Assembly: GCA_951406725.2 (NCBI GenBank) | Contig: OX597818.1 | Location: forward strand, 97,154,001 to 97,218,000 | Source: Octopus vulgaris | Lineage: Eukaryota | Length of the DNA: 64,000 nucleotides | Direction: 5' to 3' | In this document: piece after piece, positions 41,862 to 56,644 of the stretch | Layout of the letters: the number at the start of each line of letters is the position of its first letter | Numbering within the stretch: the first letter of the stretch is position 1 | Program-made: the position numbers and the translations under genes | The notes under the pieces: generated by a model | Seen by the model: only the letters and a program-made list of their open reading frames with translations | What the model was told of the DNA's origin: nothing | The model's database searches: none

Positions 41862-42427
41862 TACGAGGGGGTGCTGAAAAGTTCCTGGCTTTAAGGAACC
41901 TTCCGAGTTCTTTTACTGGACTTAGAAAGATTGAAGGACCGCTGCAATAAGTGTGTGAATCTGAGAGGGGAATATCTCTCTATATATAAACGGCAAAATG
42001 TCTGTGTCTGTGTGTGTGTATCCTTTATACAAATCCACAATTTTTCAGTTAGAGGGCTCACACTTTCTGTGGTCATTCAAAACCGTCCAAGGGTGGTCGT
42101 GCACATCTTTACATTTCCCCAGTCACCCCGCAAAGCCATTAAAAAATCAATAGAAGTGACTTTTAAGTGAATTTTCTATCCAAATCCCAATCAAAATGCC
42201 CGAAACTTGATACGCCAATTGAATGCCAGCTAGCTGTATGTGATTGGTCAGAGCTTTGGACAGTACTCGCGTGTATGTGTACACGCACGCAGCTGTATAT
42301 GCATGCACTAGCACTATGACCTGGCGTTGCCGGGTCATAGTGCTAGTGTTGAATAAAATCATAATTAAAAGAACCACCTGTATTTTCTTTTGCCCAAAGC
42401 CAGGAACTTTTCAACACTCCCTCGTAC
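41862..42427 (+). mobile_element. Mariner-derived MITE containing a nested Helitron
   Basis: TIRs tacgagggggtgctgaaaagttcctggcttt / aaagccaggaacttttcaacactccctcgta. Confidence 0.85.
41975..42346 (+). mobile_element. Non-autonomous Helitron
   Basis: A|TC 5' end, 3' hairpin and CTAG|T end, with no TSD. Removing it restores ggaata-tgttgaataa in the host MITE. Confidence 0.85.
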
Positions 42428-42758
42428 ACAAATAAAATTTACTATTCTACGTGATTGCTAACAAATCACGTATTCACAAAAATACCTGCAATGTGTAAAT
42501 ATAACGCCAGGCCTTAAAGAACGAATATAATTTTCTAAGACCTTTTTTCTATTAACAGTTTTCCGGTACCTTGAATACTCTACACACGATGACGACCATC
42601 AACACCATTGGTGCTAAGGCGTGTTTAGATGTGTCACACAGAATAACATAAAACTTAGTAACCCAACATATACCGAGGAGAGAAAACTAGTTAAATTTTT
42701 ATAAACTACACTTACCAAACTATATCAATAGTGAGGTATTCCTATCTTTGCCAATTAG

Positions 42759-42840
<82 letters not shown>

Positions 42841-43070
42841 GTAAAAGTAAGATCTAAGAATCAAGGTGTAAGTAGATAGTAGGATTCGAACAGTCCATAG
42901 GAGGTATAAAAAACAACTTTCAGGAACAATAGTCGTTTATTGATGTAGAAGGTTGTACATTTTTCCCGTATCGAAGATGGATAAGCTGAAAAAATTGTTT
43001 TTATAGCATACGTTTAGCAGCAGGGGTTGCTGTGTATGCGAATAGAAATCCAAAATTAGAGAATGAAGTA

Positions 43071-43550
43071 CCGTAAATCCTCGAGTATAATCCGCACTTT
43101 TTTCCCAAAATTTAAAGGTCAAAATCCCTAGTGCGTACTATATGCGAGGTTAAAAATGAAAATTATTTTCTAAGTAATGTCCGAGTCTCTATTTGCTGTC
43201 CGGCAATGTTTATTCAGACGCATTTTGTGATGTCGGGCGCGAAAATACCTTAAATCAGCCATAACTTGCAGTAAGCAACATTTATTAAACGTTATTACTG
43301 TTATTTCTTTATTTTCTGCAAACAAAATGCACAAAAAAGCTACACGTTTGCATTATGTTATATATACAATAATAATAAAAGACGTTACCGTATACAGTTT
43401 TACAAACCAAGGACGTTATATAGACCTCCTTGACTCAAGTTAACGAAGGGGTGCGTATTATACACAAGGTTTAGGTTTTTCAGAGGTACAGCCCCCTTAA
43501 AATCTCCTGCGTATTATACTCAAGGGTGGACTATACTCGAGGATTTACGG
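43071..43550. mobile_element. pogo/Tigger-like MITE
   Basis: TA-flanked TIRs ccgtaaatcctcgagtata / tatactcgaggatttacgg. Confidence 0.9.
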
Positions 43551-43742
43551 TAGTAATACCCCAAAACGAGGGGTAAACCGCTAGCTACTCGTTGGGCCAA
43601 CGAGTAGCAAGCGGATTATCCCTCGTTTAGGCTATTATTAATTCTGCGGTTCTGCTAATTATGAAACATGTGTAGCTTGGATTTTAATCTACTCTATTTC
43701 CTAATTTTGGATTTACGTAGATAGACAGACAGATAGACAGAC

Positions 43743-43819
<77 letters not shown>

Positions 43820-45525
43820 GATAGATAGATAAATTGATAGATAGATAGTTCACTGTATCGATCAAACTATCGAATGTTGTTATACACTGCTGGTTATAAT
43901 GCAAGGAAGTACAATGTTGTAACTTTCGAGTAATGCCAGCCTGTCGTCAAGGTTGGCAGATCAACATTTCCCATGATCGGAATGCCAGTCCGTCGCAGAA
44001 TAACACATTTACAGCTGAGTGGACTGGAGCAGCGTAAAATGAAGTGTTTTGCTCAAGAACATTACGCATCGCCGGTCTGAGAATCGAAAATTCCCTAACC
44101 ACTGCCACACGCACTTTAACACACGCGCGCGCAAATACAGACACATATACACACATTCATATCCCATTTATGCCTAGGAAAGTTGTGGGTGTAGAGCCCT
44201 ACAACCCTGACCCACTTCCTCCGGCTGGATTCTCAAGCGTGACCACCCAAGACTGGATATTATCCAGCCATCTTTTTCTTGGTCTATCCCTTGGTCTTCT
44301 GCCGGTTGAATGGGCTTGAATCACCCATCTTGCAATTCTTTCCTGCGATATGCTAATCACACTCCGGAGCACTGTGACCTCTTAATGCAGAGAAGTAGCT
44401 GCACACCCTGCATGCACACCCTAATCTCCGAGTTACGCACCCTGTCGAGTAATGTTATTACAGAAATCCTTATCATTTAGCCATGAGGTAATGTAATGCT
44501 CAAGACCCTTTATAGGGACTCTGAGAACTTGTGAGAAGAAGGGAAACTTGGTCTGAATGCTTGTAATAGAGGAGACTCCGCTAAAAGCATTCAAAGTGCT
44601 GGTTGGAAATTAGGGCTGGATTAAGACCCACAGAGGCCCTAAGCACTTGAAAGATTTTGGTGCCTCCATATATATATGTAATTCGAAATATAAACAATAA
44701 CAAGCCATAAAATAAAATTTTATTTCTCAAATTGAAACAAAACTAACCGTAAGATGGAAAATAATGCTTATTTTTATATACTTAGACATCATCTCTTATT
44801 ATAAAAGGCAGATTTTATCTGCCTCCCTTTGGGAGTTATACAAATCTACAATATAGGATTTCTTCAATTACAATTTACCTAGCATTTTTGAGAGTACAAT
44901 GCATCGCGTCATGCCAGGTCCAGTTTTTAAAATTTAAACTCCAATTAAGCAAAATTTACAGAAAACTCACATTCTGGTGTGTGTGTCAAATGCTTTTCTT
45001 AGTCTGGTTTACACCACACGCAAACGCACACACACAGTGGGCAACGAATAAAATGAAAGTAAATAGCGACAGAGTGATTTGAGGAAGACTAAAGTGAAAG
45101 TATTCTGTCTATGACGCTGATAGATACATGAGTAAAATGTATGGGAAGCTAAGAGCTAAGAGTGAGTGAAAATGTTCTTGGAAGAGAGTAATTAGTAATA
45201 AAGTAAACATACACTCATACATACATACATACATACATACATACATACATACATACATACATACATACATACATACATACACACACACATACATACACAC
45301 ACACATACATACATACACACATACATACATACATATACATACATACATACATATACATACATACATACACACACACACATACACACACACACAGTATTGA
45401 AGCTTGAGAACAATCAGATACATTTGCAACACATCTGTTGAAAATATTATTGTTCACACACATACATATACATATATACATACAGACAGACAGACAGATA
45501 GACACACACACACACACACACACAC

Positions 45526-45945
45526 ATGATCCAGCATGGCCACAACCTCAAGGCTGAAACATATAAAAGAATAACAGAATATAAATGTGTGCAAAGTACA
45601 AGAAATATTAATGCAGTATATGGGGATTGGACAATAAGCGTAAGGCAGTGTCAATGGTGGTTCCAGAAATCCCGAGCCATAAACTACAGCCTAGAAGACG
45701 AGCCTCATCCTGAAAGATCTGTAGAACTCGACAAGGACATCCTGAAAACCCTGGTGGAACAAAATATCATCGTAACTGTTGAGGAACTAGCAGAAAAGCT
45801 TGGATTTGGTCATTCAACCATTCATTGACACCTGTGTGCTATCGGAAAAGTCAGCAAATTGGGTCAATGGGTTCCTCACGAACTTTCCGAGTCTAATTGC
45901 ATGCAGAGAGTGAATGTATGCTTTTCTTTGCTGTCATATCTCACC
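45526..45945 (+). mobile_element. Mariner transposase N-terminal fragment
   Basis: INAVYGDWTISVRQCQWWFQK...SLEDEPHPER...TVEELAEKL, followed by QWVPHEL. Confidence 0.85.
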
Positions 45946-45963
45946 ACTACTGCGCTATGTATA

Positions 45964-46496
45964 TCTATATATATAAAACTGTAGTTGTGTGAGTGTCTGT
46001 CCCCTTCGATTTAGATTCCTTACGATTTTAAAAATAATTTAACATCATTTTTTATTCCATTTTAATGCATAATTTTTCGTGTGTCGATGGCGGCGGAGTT
46101 GGCGTCCACGCTCACACCTGCACCTGTGGGGAAGGGAGTGTAAGGAAATCAACGTCGTAATGCGTTGTCAAGGAGACCAGTGTTCTTTTAGAACAACGAC
46201 TTCATGGCTTGAAGACACCAAAACAGAAATGGCTAAGAAAGCGTCTACATGAGTCTACGATTTAAAAAAAAATTTTCCATCGTTTTTTTTCCATTTTAAT
46301 GCATTTTTTCGCTATTATATAAGGGAAGTAACTCTCTAAAAATGTCTACGATGAGTCAACGATTTAAAAAAAAAATTACCATCATATTTTTTCCATTTTT
46401 AATGCATTTTTTGCTATTTTTTGGCTATAACTCTCTAAAAATGCTTATATAGTTATTTCCCTTACAAACCCGAGCAACGCCGGGCGATACTGCTAG
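45964..46496 (+). mobile_element. Non-autonomous Helitron
   Basis: A|TC start and the same 3' end as 22859-23242. Confidence 0.85.
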
Positions 46497-47100
46497 TTCA
46501 TATCTAAAAAAATTTTCTCCTACATATTTTTTGTAATTGCAAAATTTTTTATTAGATCCTCAAAATTAATCTTATGTAACACCTGCTTCTGTACTTAGTA
46601 GAGAAAGAATCCCGAATACTATTTTGGCAATTTCTTTTGTACCATAAGCTATATACCATTTAAGTGGTGCCTCCTTTCCCTTGATGCACTAAGCATGTGC
46701 TTATTCTGCTTAGTGGTTAATCCAGCGCTAGCGGGAGTGTTAAACCAGGAAACAGTTTAAGTCAATTAACTATGGTAAGATTTGAACTCAGAACCTAAAG
46801 AGCCGGTACAGATACCGTTGCCATGGATCTAGTCTGATGTTCTTACATTCCCACAACACATACCACTATTACATCATCCTGAATATAGCATTATGAAGGT
46901 CTAGAAACATCCATAATAAATTCAAAACCTTCACTGTTCCAAAGAAACTGCAAGATGCTCACACGAAAACACATGTAAAAACCTTGGCCATGTTCATTAT
47001 ACTAGATGTGTGTATTGAATGCTTGTATTAGGTGTTAAACATAGTTCTCTATTTCAATGATATTAAAATCTACTTCTTTTGTCGTTAAACACGTTGTCTG

Positions 47101-47233
<133 letters not shown>

Positions 47234-49821
47234 CATAAATGATAGAGGATCCGAGCACTTCGATTTAATCTGACATTGACGTAACTTCACACGCAGACAT
47301 TAGAAACTGATCAAATCTTGGCTGCTTAATCTGACACGTAAAAATGACCCGTGCATTAACAGTTCTGCATACAGCTGTCTAAAACTGGCATCGGTGTTAT
47401 TATAAGCACTGACACATGCATCCATGCACGCACGAATACACACAGACGCATATATATACATCACAAAACACTTGCACACACATGCACACTGAGGTACACT
47501 TGCCTACAAAGAGATATTATTGATCATAAGACAAAGACGTAGTATCCACTTACAATTCACTAGCATATATAAATAAGATAGTTTATGTAACATTGACATA
47601 TCTCTTTAAAGCCTGTTGAATTCAGGACGAGATCCTGAAGTCTTTCATCAAACTGATGTTTCTTTTATTTGTCACTGACATCAACATCTTGCTGCAACAG
47701 GGTGGAACCAAAGCGATTAAAACCGAAGAACACATTACATATTACTTCGGTCATCTTTCTGTTTTAGAAAAATACATACAACAGGAGAGAATTTCACATA
47801 CTCCTTTAATTTAACAATCAAAAACTACAAGTCTCGAAACGAGTTTTTACTAACACTAAATTTCATGAAAAGTTTCACCAACAACCCCTCAAAACAACTA
47901 CTTCGTTGCATCATGGAGCTAGCACGCATTCGGATTAACCTCTAAACTACATAATTTGATGAACAAGTTATTTTAAAAGGCTATTATATTATTATTGTTT
48001 AAATACCATTATTGATCAACTAGCCGTTATTGATCACGTGCGGTGGACTTCAACAAACACAGTCTCACATAGTTTGTGTATCTTTCTGCTAGAAGCTTCG
48101 ATGGCGCAGTCGGTGAAGTCATCGTTGCCATACGTAGAGGGTGATACCACCAATGTTTCTAAACAAGGTCGCTCGTACAAAATAATTTTGGATCAATGTC
48201 GTCTCAAAGGTTATGAAGCCACAAAGTCGTCGGTGAAAAATCTCCTGTGGAATCTCAATCTCATGTACAATGGTAAGCCTAAAATTTGTCTCTTTATTTT
48301 TCTTCGTATAGGCGTTGCTTCACATTGGTTTTATGGAGATGGCAGAATCGTTTAAGTGTCGAAAACAAGCTTTGCAGTTTTTGTTCAAGCTCTATACGTT
48401 CTAAGCTCAAATGATTCCGGGTTTAACTTTGCCTTTGTTATCCTTCTTGAGTAGATAAAATAAGTAAATGACTGGAGTCGATGTTATCAAAATTGCTGGC
48501 CTTCTACCTATATCAGAAATAATTATTTTTGTATATGTGCATTCCAGTAAATCATATTTTATAATTTCCCACCCATTATCGCCAATATACTCAACTTGCC
48601 TTCATGTCTTCATTATACTGAATAGAATAAACCATTTAATGACTTCGGTTAACCCTTTCATAAAACCGGAATAAGTAACTAACAAATTGGTGATTTGTTC
48701 GATGAACATCAGCAATATTAACGAAACTTATGAGATGGGTATTGGGGTGCTTAGCCCGGTATAGCAGATTCAGGGCACAGATGGAGAGTCAAGGAGTGTT
48801 TCATAACTAATATGACTAATTGCTGAACCCCTACCTACAAAAAAGCAACACAAAACAAAAACAAAAAAAAAACAAACAAAAAAGTTTAGCCCCCTTGATT
48901 TTTGAAACACCTTTTATATCTCGGTGCTCGAAAGTAGTTTTGTTTGGTAGAATTTCTCCACGCGTGAGTCCTAATCACTGTTTTCATTTTTTTTTGTTTG
49001 TTTTTCATGATTGTTTTTATTTACTTTCGTCAAACCGCCATTTCATGGATTCGTTCTTGACGAGTTCTGGATAATAATACTATTGATAATGTACTTATTT
49101 TGAAAACTCTAACGACTGATTAAACCCGTAATTTGAAAATCAATCGTTCTTTCTCTTTTGTTTTACATGACTTGGGGGCGTAAGTGCAGTGCCAGTCACC
49201 AGTTTCAGTTTTTACAAGTCTCGAATTGGGAAAGGATGAAATTATTGTCAGATTAGAAACTGGCCTGAATGCTTTTAATAGAATATCTTTACTTCTCTAA
49301 AGAGAATTGGTATCGGTTTCTAACCTTGATCCAAGGCTCCGTCATTGGAATTACAATATCAACAACGGTATTTTTGTATGAATGCATGTATGTATGTATG
49401 TATGTATGTATGTATGTATGTATGTATGTATGTATGTATGTATGTATGTATGTATGTATGTATGTATGTATACATACGTGCAGATTTGTATGTTTTGCCT
49501 TATGTATCGTATATACTGCCCCCCGACCACCAGGATTTCCATTTAAAAAGTGGGTTTTGAGTTATACTTGCTATATAAGACTACCTTAAGTCTTCGTGGA
49601 AAGTAGCTCGAGCGCCGAAGGCGCGTTGTTCATAGCTAAAGGGAGCGTGTGAGCTGTAGCTTTCCCAGCAACCCTTGAAGCCTCTGTTTTATCTTGTGTT
49701 TCAATAGTATTTTAACTGTTTCAATCAGTAAACTTTGTATGCAACAATTCTGCAGGCTTGGTTGTTTAAAATTTATCCAGTTCTTTTCAAAAGGTGGCCA
49801 AATATTGTAAATTATCTACTA

Positions 49822-50222
49822 CTAGCAGTATTGCCCGGCGTTGCTCGGGTTTGTAAGGGAAATAACTATATAAGCATTTTTAGAGATGTAAAGTATATTA
49901 GCCATCTCAATATGGCTAACCACAAGGGGTGGGGGGCGTGTTACTGTAGCTTTTTACGTTCTGAGATTTAATAATAAATTTTTAGAGAGTTACTTTCCTT
50001 ATATATGCCAAAAATGCATTAAAAATGGGAAAAATTGATGGTAAATTGTTTTTAAAATCGTAGACTCATCGTAGACGCGCGCTAATACCCAGAAGGGCTC
50101 GATATAAATCACGACTATAAGATACCCGGTTTTGGTTAAACTGCACCGCAAAATGTGGGAGTAGTTAGGAATCTAAATAGTAGGAGACAGACAGAACAAA
50201 GCCTCTCTTTTATATATAAAGA
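49822..50222 (-). mobile_element. Non-autonomous Helitron
   Basis: Reverse complement of the same 3' end (ctagcagtattgcccggcgttgctcggg), with a TC 5' end at 50222. Confidence 0.85.
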
Positions 50223-50380
50223 TAATACACATAAAACGTACCTGGTTAGTGTAAACACTACTAAAGTGACGTCACTTAGGCGTTTGTTATTTTACAGCAA
50301 CTAAGATGGTGTCGAGTATACCATAATAACACCATTTACTTGAAATGGGTTTACAGACTTACTTATGGTATGTATAATAT

Positions 50381-50790
50381 AGGCGCAGGAGTGGCTGTGT
50401 GGTAAGTAGCTTACCTACCAACCACATGGTTCTGGGTTCAGTCCCACTGCGTGGCATCTTGGGCAAGTGTCTTCTGCTATAGCCTCGGGCCGACCAATGC
50501 CTTGTGAGTGGATTTGGTAGACGGAAACTGAAAGAAGCCTGTCGTATATGTGTATATATATGTATGTGTATGTATATGTTTGGGTGTCTGTGTTTGTCCC
50601 TCTAGCATTGCTTGACAACCGATGCTGGTGTGTTTACGTCCCCGTCACTTAGCGGTTCGGAAAAAGAGACCGATAGAATAAGTACTGGGCTTACAAAGAA
50701 TAAGTCCCGGGGTCGATTTGCTCGACTAAAGGCGGTGCTCCAGCATGGCCGAGGTCAAATGACTGAAACAAATAAAAGAGTAAAAGAGTA
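50381..50790 (+). mobile_element. tRNA-derived SINE family B, full copy (others at about 15810-16085, 19503-19840, 21590-21790, 33030-33330, 35575-35765, 58385-58810)
   Basis: A-box tggctgtgtggtaag, B-box gggttcagtccc, CORE-like cttgggcaagtgtctt, an internal microsatellite and an (aaagagt)n tail. Confidence 0.85.
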
Positions 50791-50849
50791 ATATTAAATT
50801 GTAATATATTAGAAATGTTGTTTTAAAGGACACTGCTAGTGTTTTCTTT

Positions 50850-51170
50850 AATTTGTAAATTTTATCTTGCTCCACGAGACTATTGGTCTTGAAACAGTGT
50901 ATCCATTTTGACGCTGCTCATGGACCATGTCTGCTACATGCTTCTCTAGAATTGGCTGGTGTGCATACACCGTATTCTCTCGCAACAGCACAGTTGTTGT
51001 GGGATTTGGCGTATGTTACCAATTGCAGCCTAAAACCAGCTTGATATTTCCTTCGTTTATCACTTGGAGACATGAGGGGGTTTTACAGTTGCTGGAGATT
51101 GATGTTCACCCATTGAGAGTACGACTGCTTATGAAAGAGTGACAACTTGAGCCTTTTCAAGAAATCCTAT
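50850..51170 (-). mobile_element. pogo/Tigger-like transposase N-terminal (HTH-CENPB) fragment
   Basis: The minus strand reads ...WVHEQRQNGYTVSR, with an upstream HTH-like segment. Confidence 0.55.
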
Positions 51171-52264
51171 CTGTAAATGTTTAAAAGAAACCAGTTACTG
51201 TAAAGTTTATTGTGATTGGTCTGACGGACACGAACTGGCTAATCACAGAAAGTGCCAGTACATGCTGCTAATTTTCTGTAACAGGTAGGTTAGTTACCGT
51301 AAACTACACGTGTCCCGAAAGCCTTCGGCTGGCTGAGCGCTGTATGAGAGAGCTCTCTAACGAGACAGTATAAACAGAACGGACCCTGGGACCCGGTTGA
51401 ACGGGCTGATTGTTTACATTTTCTGTTCGTCAGTTCTTGCAAATGGCGACTGCTATCTGTCCGCTAAGCTTGTTGGGCTGTTATTTTAATATGATCTTAC
51501 TATTAATCCAGCTTCCCAAACATACGTGCAAGTATCAAAAGAAAATACTGAGTTGTAGAATCATAGGATCTATACGAGTGCTTTATACTGTTCTCCATTG
51601 GCATTGGTGCAGCTCTAAACCACAGGAAGTTGTATGTCTTCTCATGCATAAACTTGCGTATTTAGACATCCTTAAATATACTTAAATGATGTACATGTAT
51701 GTATGTATGTTTGTATTTATGAATAGATGGATGGATGGATGGATGGATGGATGGATGGACGGACAGATGTATGCCTTACCCACGTGGGTAAAGTATACAT
51801 GATCTTTTTGGAATTTCATACCGAATGACCTGTCTCACTGCAATGCCTGTCAAAAAACTTCCAACTCACGCGGAGGATTTAAGCGACATTCGAACATTCA
51901 TTATAGATGAGTGGAAAATGGAGCCAATGCAGAAATGTGACATTACTGCTCTTCAAACGCCTTTCAGGGCTCAAAAGTTATTTAAGATCTCACACTGATA
52001 AATGAGCAACTAGAGATGCAAGAAGAGGTTAAGGCTCTGCAAGGAGCAAACAGTCACCATGTATATGTATGCATGAATGCATTTACGTACATACGTATAT
52101 ATGTGTGCATGTGGGCATGTATGTATGTATGTATGTATGTATGTATGTATGTATGTATGTATGTATGTATGTATGTATGTGTGTGTGTGTGCTTGCAAGT
52201 ATAGTTGTATATATGAATGCATATGTGTGTGTGTGTGTAGCATGAATATATAATAATAATAATG

Positions 52265-52298
<34 letters not shown>

Positions 52299-52321
52299 TA
52301 ATAATAATAATAATAATAATG

Positions 52322-52367
<46 letters not shown>

Positions 52368-52810
52368 TTCTGCTCAATACCACAGATTTGCTTGTCAGTT
52401 GTTTGACCTTAACCAGTTGAGCATGTCCCTTAGTGGCTGACAATATGTGCATCTCTGATCACGAGCAGAAGTAGTGGGGGAGCATCATAGCCATGTGTTG
52501 AGAGGGATTCTTTGGGGTTTGAATAATTCACCTCTGGAAACATGGGTGGTTCTTTCAGCATCCTTAAACAACCCTTATACAGGGACCTTTTGAGCGGGAT
52601 GGGCTACTCAACCTGAAGAAAATTCTAACTGGGCCCCACCTGCAAGGTCATGTGCTGTTTATCTTGATATGAGATCACCATGTCGCGCACATATGGTTGT
52701 GATGCATGTGCCTGGTGTACCTTTATCAGACGGGTAGTCATGATGGGTATATTGGGCTTCGTATATTTTACCCCAGTGTCACTTTGATGGCATGCACTGC
52801 TCTCTCACTC

Positions 52811-52855
<45 letters not shown>

Positions 52856-53034
52856 TTATTTCTTTATTGCCCATAGGGGGCTAAACACAGAGGGGACAAA
52901 CAAGGACAGACAAGGGGATTAAGTCGATTACATCGACCCCAGTGATTAACTAATACTTATTTAATCGACCCCTTTTATGAAAGGCAAAGTCGACCTCGGC
53001 GGAATTTGAACTCAGAACGTAACGGCAGACGAAA
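52856..53034 (-). mobile_element. SINE family A fragment within (AAT)n
   Basis: Homologous to family A, lacking the 5' head. Confidence 0.8.
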
Positions 53035-53053
53035 TAATAATAATAATAATAAT

Positions 53054-53116
<63 letters not shown>

Positions 53117-53216
53117 GGATGAAATTGTTAAAAATTTTACCAGCATATAAAAAATAGACCTATTGAGGTGAAATCTTATATGTAATTATAATTAAGAGCA
53201 TAGAAATATTCCATCT

Positions 53217-54410
53217 TATATGCTGAAAATTGACGCTAAATCGTCCAACGGATTTTGAACGTGGTAGAATTGTAGCGCTCCAGAAACAAAGTCTGTCTCA
53301 ACGTGCCATCTCCAGTGAAATTGGTCGCAGTAAAAACGCCATTGCGAGCTTCTTAAAAGACCCTCAGGCATATAGATCGAAAAAATCGCCCGCCCAGCCA
53401 AAGAAAATTTCACCAGCGTTGAGTAGAAGGATTCGACGGGCAATTAGGAAATACACTAGCCGATCATCAAACCAGATTAAGCACTTACGGACGCAGAATG
53501 CAGTTCAAGGACGATAAGACAACATTTGAGAGAAAGAGAAGCTTTAAAAATCTTAAACGTCTTCTAAGACCTTGTCATCTTCCACGCTACACAGCTTCTC
53601 ACTTAGAATTTGCTCAGAATCACCAGACCTGGGGCGTTCACAACTGGAAGAAAGTTTTATCCTCAGATTTGAAGAATTTCTATCTTGATGGTCCTGATGG
53701 TTTCCAACTATACTGGCATGGAAAAAATATTCCACCGGAGATTATTTCAACGAGGCGCGGTGGTGGAGGCTTTATCATGGTGTGGGTTGTTTCCGCGTAC
53801 AGAGGAGCTATGAAACTTCAGGTTGTGAAGGGACATCAAACAGCAGCTGGGTGTATTGGTATGTTGAAGAGGATATCACTCTTGACAGAAAGCCCTCGTT
53901 TGTGCGGATGTCAAAGAAATGCTTCGGAACAAATAACAAATAACGTTCATCTTTTGACTCATCCTCCATGCTCACCTGACCTAAACCCCATCTTTGGTGA
54001 TGGATGACAAGAGACGTTTACAAAAATGAAACGCAATTTGAGACTGTGGATCCTCTTCACCAGGCAGTTTTCACCTCGCAGCGTAATATTCCGGACAACT
54101 TCCTGTAACCGCTTCTGTTGAGTATGCCACAGCGAATTTTTTAATTTTTTTTCGCAGGAATGGTGGAGCTTCTAACCATCGAACCCATTTACAATTTATT
54201 CATTATTTTCGTTTGTTATTTGTCATGGTCTTAAACTTTTGACCAGGCAAAATATTGTTAGTTTTCATTCAATGCATATTGTTTTTAGGTTTTCGTATAG
54301 CATTTTCTATTTGCCAATAATAAATCTATAAAGTAAAATACTCGAATATAACAGTCTGCAAGGAGTTCATTTCGGCAGTTTTTTTCACTGGTCTTAAGAT
54401 CCAGTAGTGT
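53217..54410 (+). mobile_element. Decayed Tc1/Tc3-like transposon
   Basis: TDFERGRIVAL..LSQRAISSEIGRSK (HTH), WKKVLSSDLKNFYLDGPDG and HPPCSPDLNPI. Confidence 0.9.
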
Positions 54411-54739
54411 ATATTATTTCTGTCAGCAACGTCCCACGCCCTACAACTCTCACAGCTCTAATTCTGTTCTCTTACAACATCATTCTATCAGTCTCCGCAA
54501 TTACTACTAAACAATGAAGAGAAACCAAACACAAGCTTTACTTCCAATGCCTTGCATGAATTTGCTATGTTTATCATATCTAAAAGAATTTAAATGTGCA
54601 GATCATGTTTTTGCTTATAAGTTCGAAACTCTACAAGATCTTATACTTTAAATCTGATTTTTAAATGTCATTTTATCTTTTCTTCGGCCTACTATTTTTT
54701 CTCTTTCCCAGCATAAGCTCACCATAAAGCTCACCATAA

Positions 54740-54809
<70 letters not shown>

Positions 54810-55069
54810 CGCGCGACAGGTTTTCGATTTCCGTATATCAAATCCATTCCCAAGACTTTGGCTGTATTGGATGACACTTGTCTAAGCTGCCCCACAGAGG
54901 GACTGAACCGAAGACCACTTCGCTTATAAAAAATGATTATCGGGAGCAATAAAATATTTTATTTGGTTATTCATTTGGTTTTGTAAATCACCCTGACATC
55001 AATTCACCAATCGATTATATTTTCGATCCATGTTTTCTAGATGAAATATAAATCATCCTCATACATGCT

Positions 55070-55196
<127 letters not shown>

Positions 55197-55203
55197 GTAT
55201 ATA

Positions 55204-55239
<36 letters not shown>

Positions 55240-55265
55240 TGTATGTATGTATGTATGTATGTGTG

Positions 55266-55331
<66 letters not shown>

Positions 55332-56109
55332 ATATATATATATATATATACGTAATACACTCACACACTCACAGATGTAGACGTACATGCACACGCACAT
55401 AAACACACTCTTGAATTCATTTTCGCCCAGAAATGCTAAGATTAGTTTATTATTTGGCAAACCAATCGGATTAAAAGTGGATTAAAGGTGGCTGAACGAA
55501 GACCACTCCTAAAGTTGTTAACCTAGACCTTCCAAAACATTTAGATTAGGTTTGTTAACACGGCCGTTGACTTAATCATTAAGAACTGATTCAAGTTGAT
55601 TGGATGATGGCGGTCACATGAGTAACGAACAGCGAGACCGTAAAGAAATCCTGTTCTTCTACACACAATAATAAAAAAACGAATTTTAGAATTTAAATTT
55701 TATGTGAAATAACCTTTCCATGGGTAATTACATTGATTGATAGTAAAGCTATTTAATTAAAATAATCCTAAAAGAAAAATTTAAAAAAGAAAAGGGAACT
55801 ATGTTGAGTTTTCCTCTCCAAGGTCACCTTTGCTTTCATACTTCTGGTGTAGGTAAAGTTAAGTTGCACGTACTGACAAACTATCATTGATTGAGTTAGT
55901 GTTTAAAATGTACGAAGGTGAAACTTTTATATTTTAAGCGGTTTTCCATCAAAGGACACATACCGAGGACTATATATATATATATATTGTGTTCTATTTA
56001 GGAATGGTCATTTTACCAGTTTAGCCAATAAAAACACACGCATTATATATTTGGTGTTAATTTTCGTCGGCTTTATTTATTTTTTGCATTAATTTTAATC
56101 TTATTTCGG

Positions 56110-56149
56110 CCAGAGTTCTTTCGTCACACTTCTGTGACCTCATCAGTGG
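56110..56149 (-). ncRNA. Type I hammerhead ribozyme motif
   Basis: Minus strand reads cca-CUGAUGA-g-gucac(agaagu)gugac-GAAA-gaac-UC^ugg. Confidence 0.75.
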
Positions 56150-56644
56150 TCCTTTGCTTTCTTCTTTCTTATTTGTGTGTCTCTCCTTACAAACGGTCAG
56201 CCATTTTGTATTTTGTATTCCTATTGTATGTGTCTTTATTTGCGCATGCGTATACCTCTATGTGTGTCTATGTTTAGTTAGTGTGTATGTGATAAAAGAT
56301 AAAATGGCATTTTAAAATTAGATAGTTTATCAGTACATGCAACTTAACTTTACCTACACCAGAAGTATGAAATCAAAGGTGACCTTGGAGAGGAAAGTTG
56401 CTGCATAGTTCCCTTTTTTATATATTTTTCTTTTAGGATTATTTTAACTAAATAAAATATTACAGACACTATATTCAAATATTACAGACACTTCCCCACC
56501 CACCCACCCACACTAACTAAACATAGACACACATAGAGGTATACGCATGCGCAAATAAAGACACATACAGTAGGAATACAAAATACAAAATGGTTGACCG
56601 TTAGTAAGGAGAGACACACAAATAAGAAAGAAGAAAGCAAAGGA

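Larger units (their letters stand above)
44611..46730. mobile_element. TIR element hosting nested Helitron, mariner and microsatellite insertions
   Basis: Termini tagggctggattaa / ttaatccagcgcta. Subterminal ctaagca and tggtgcctcc motifs occur at both ends. Confidence 0.6.
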
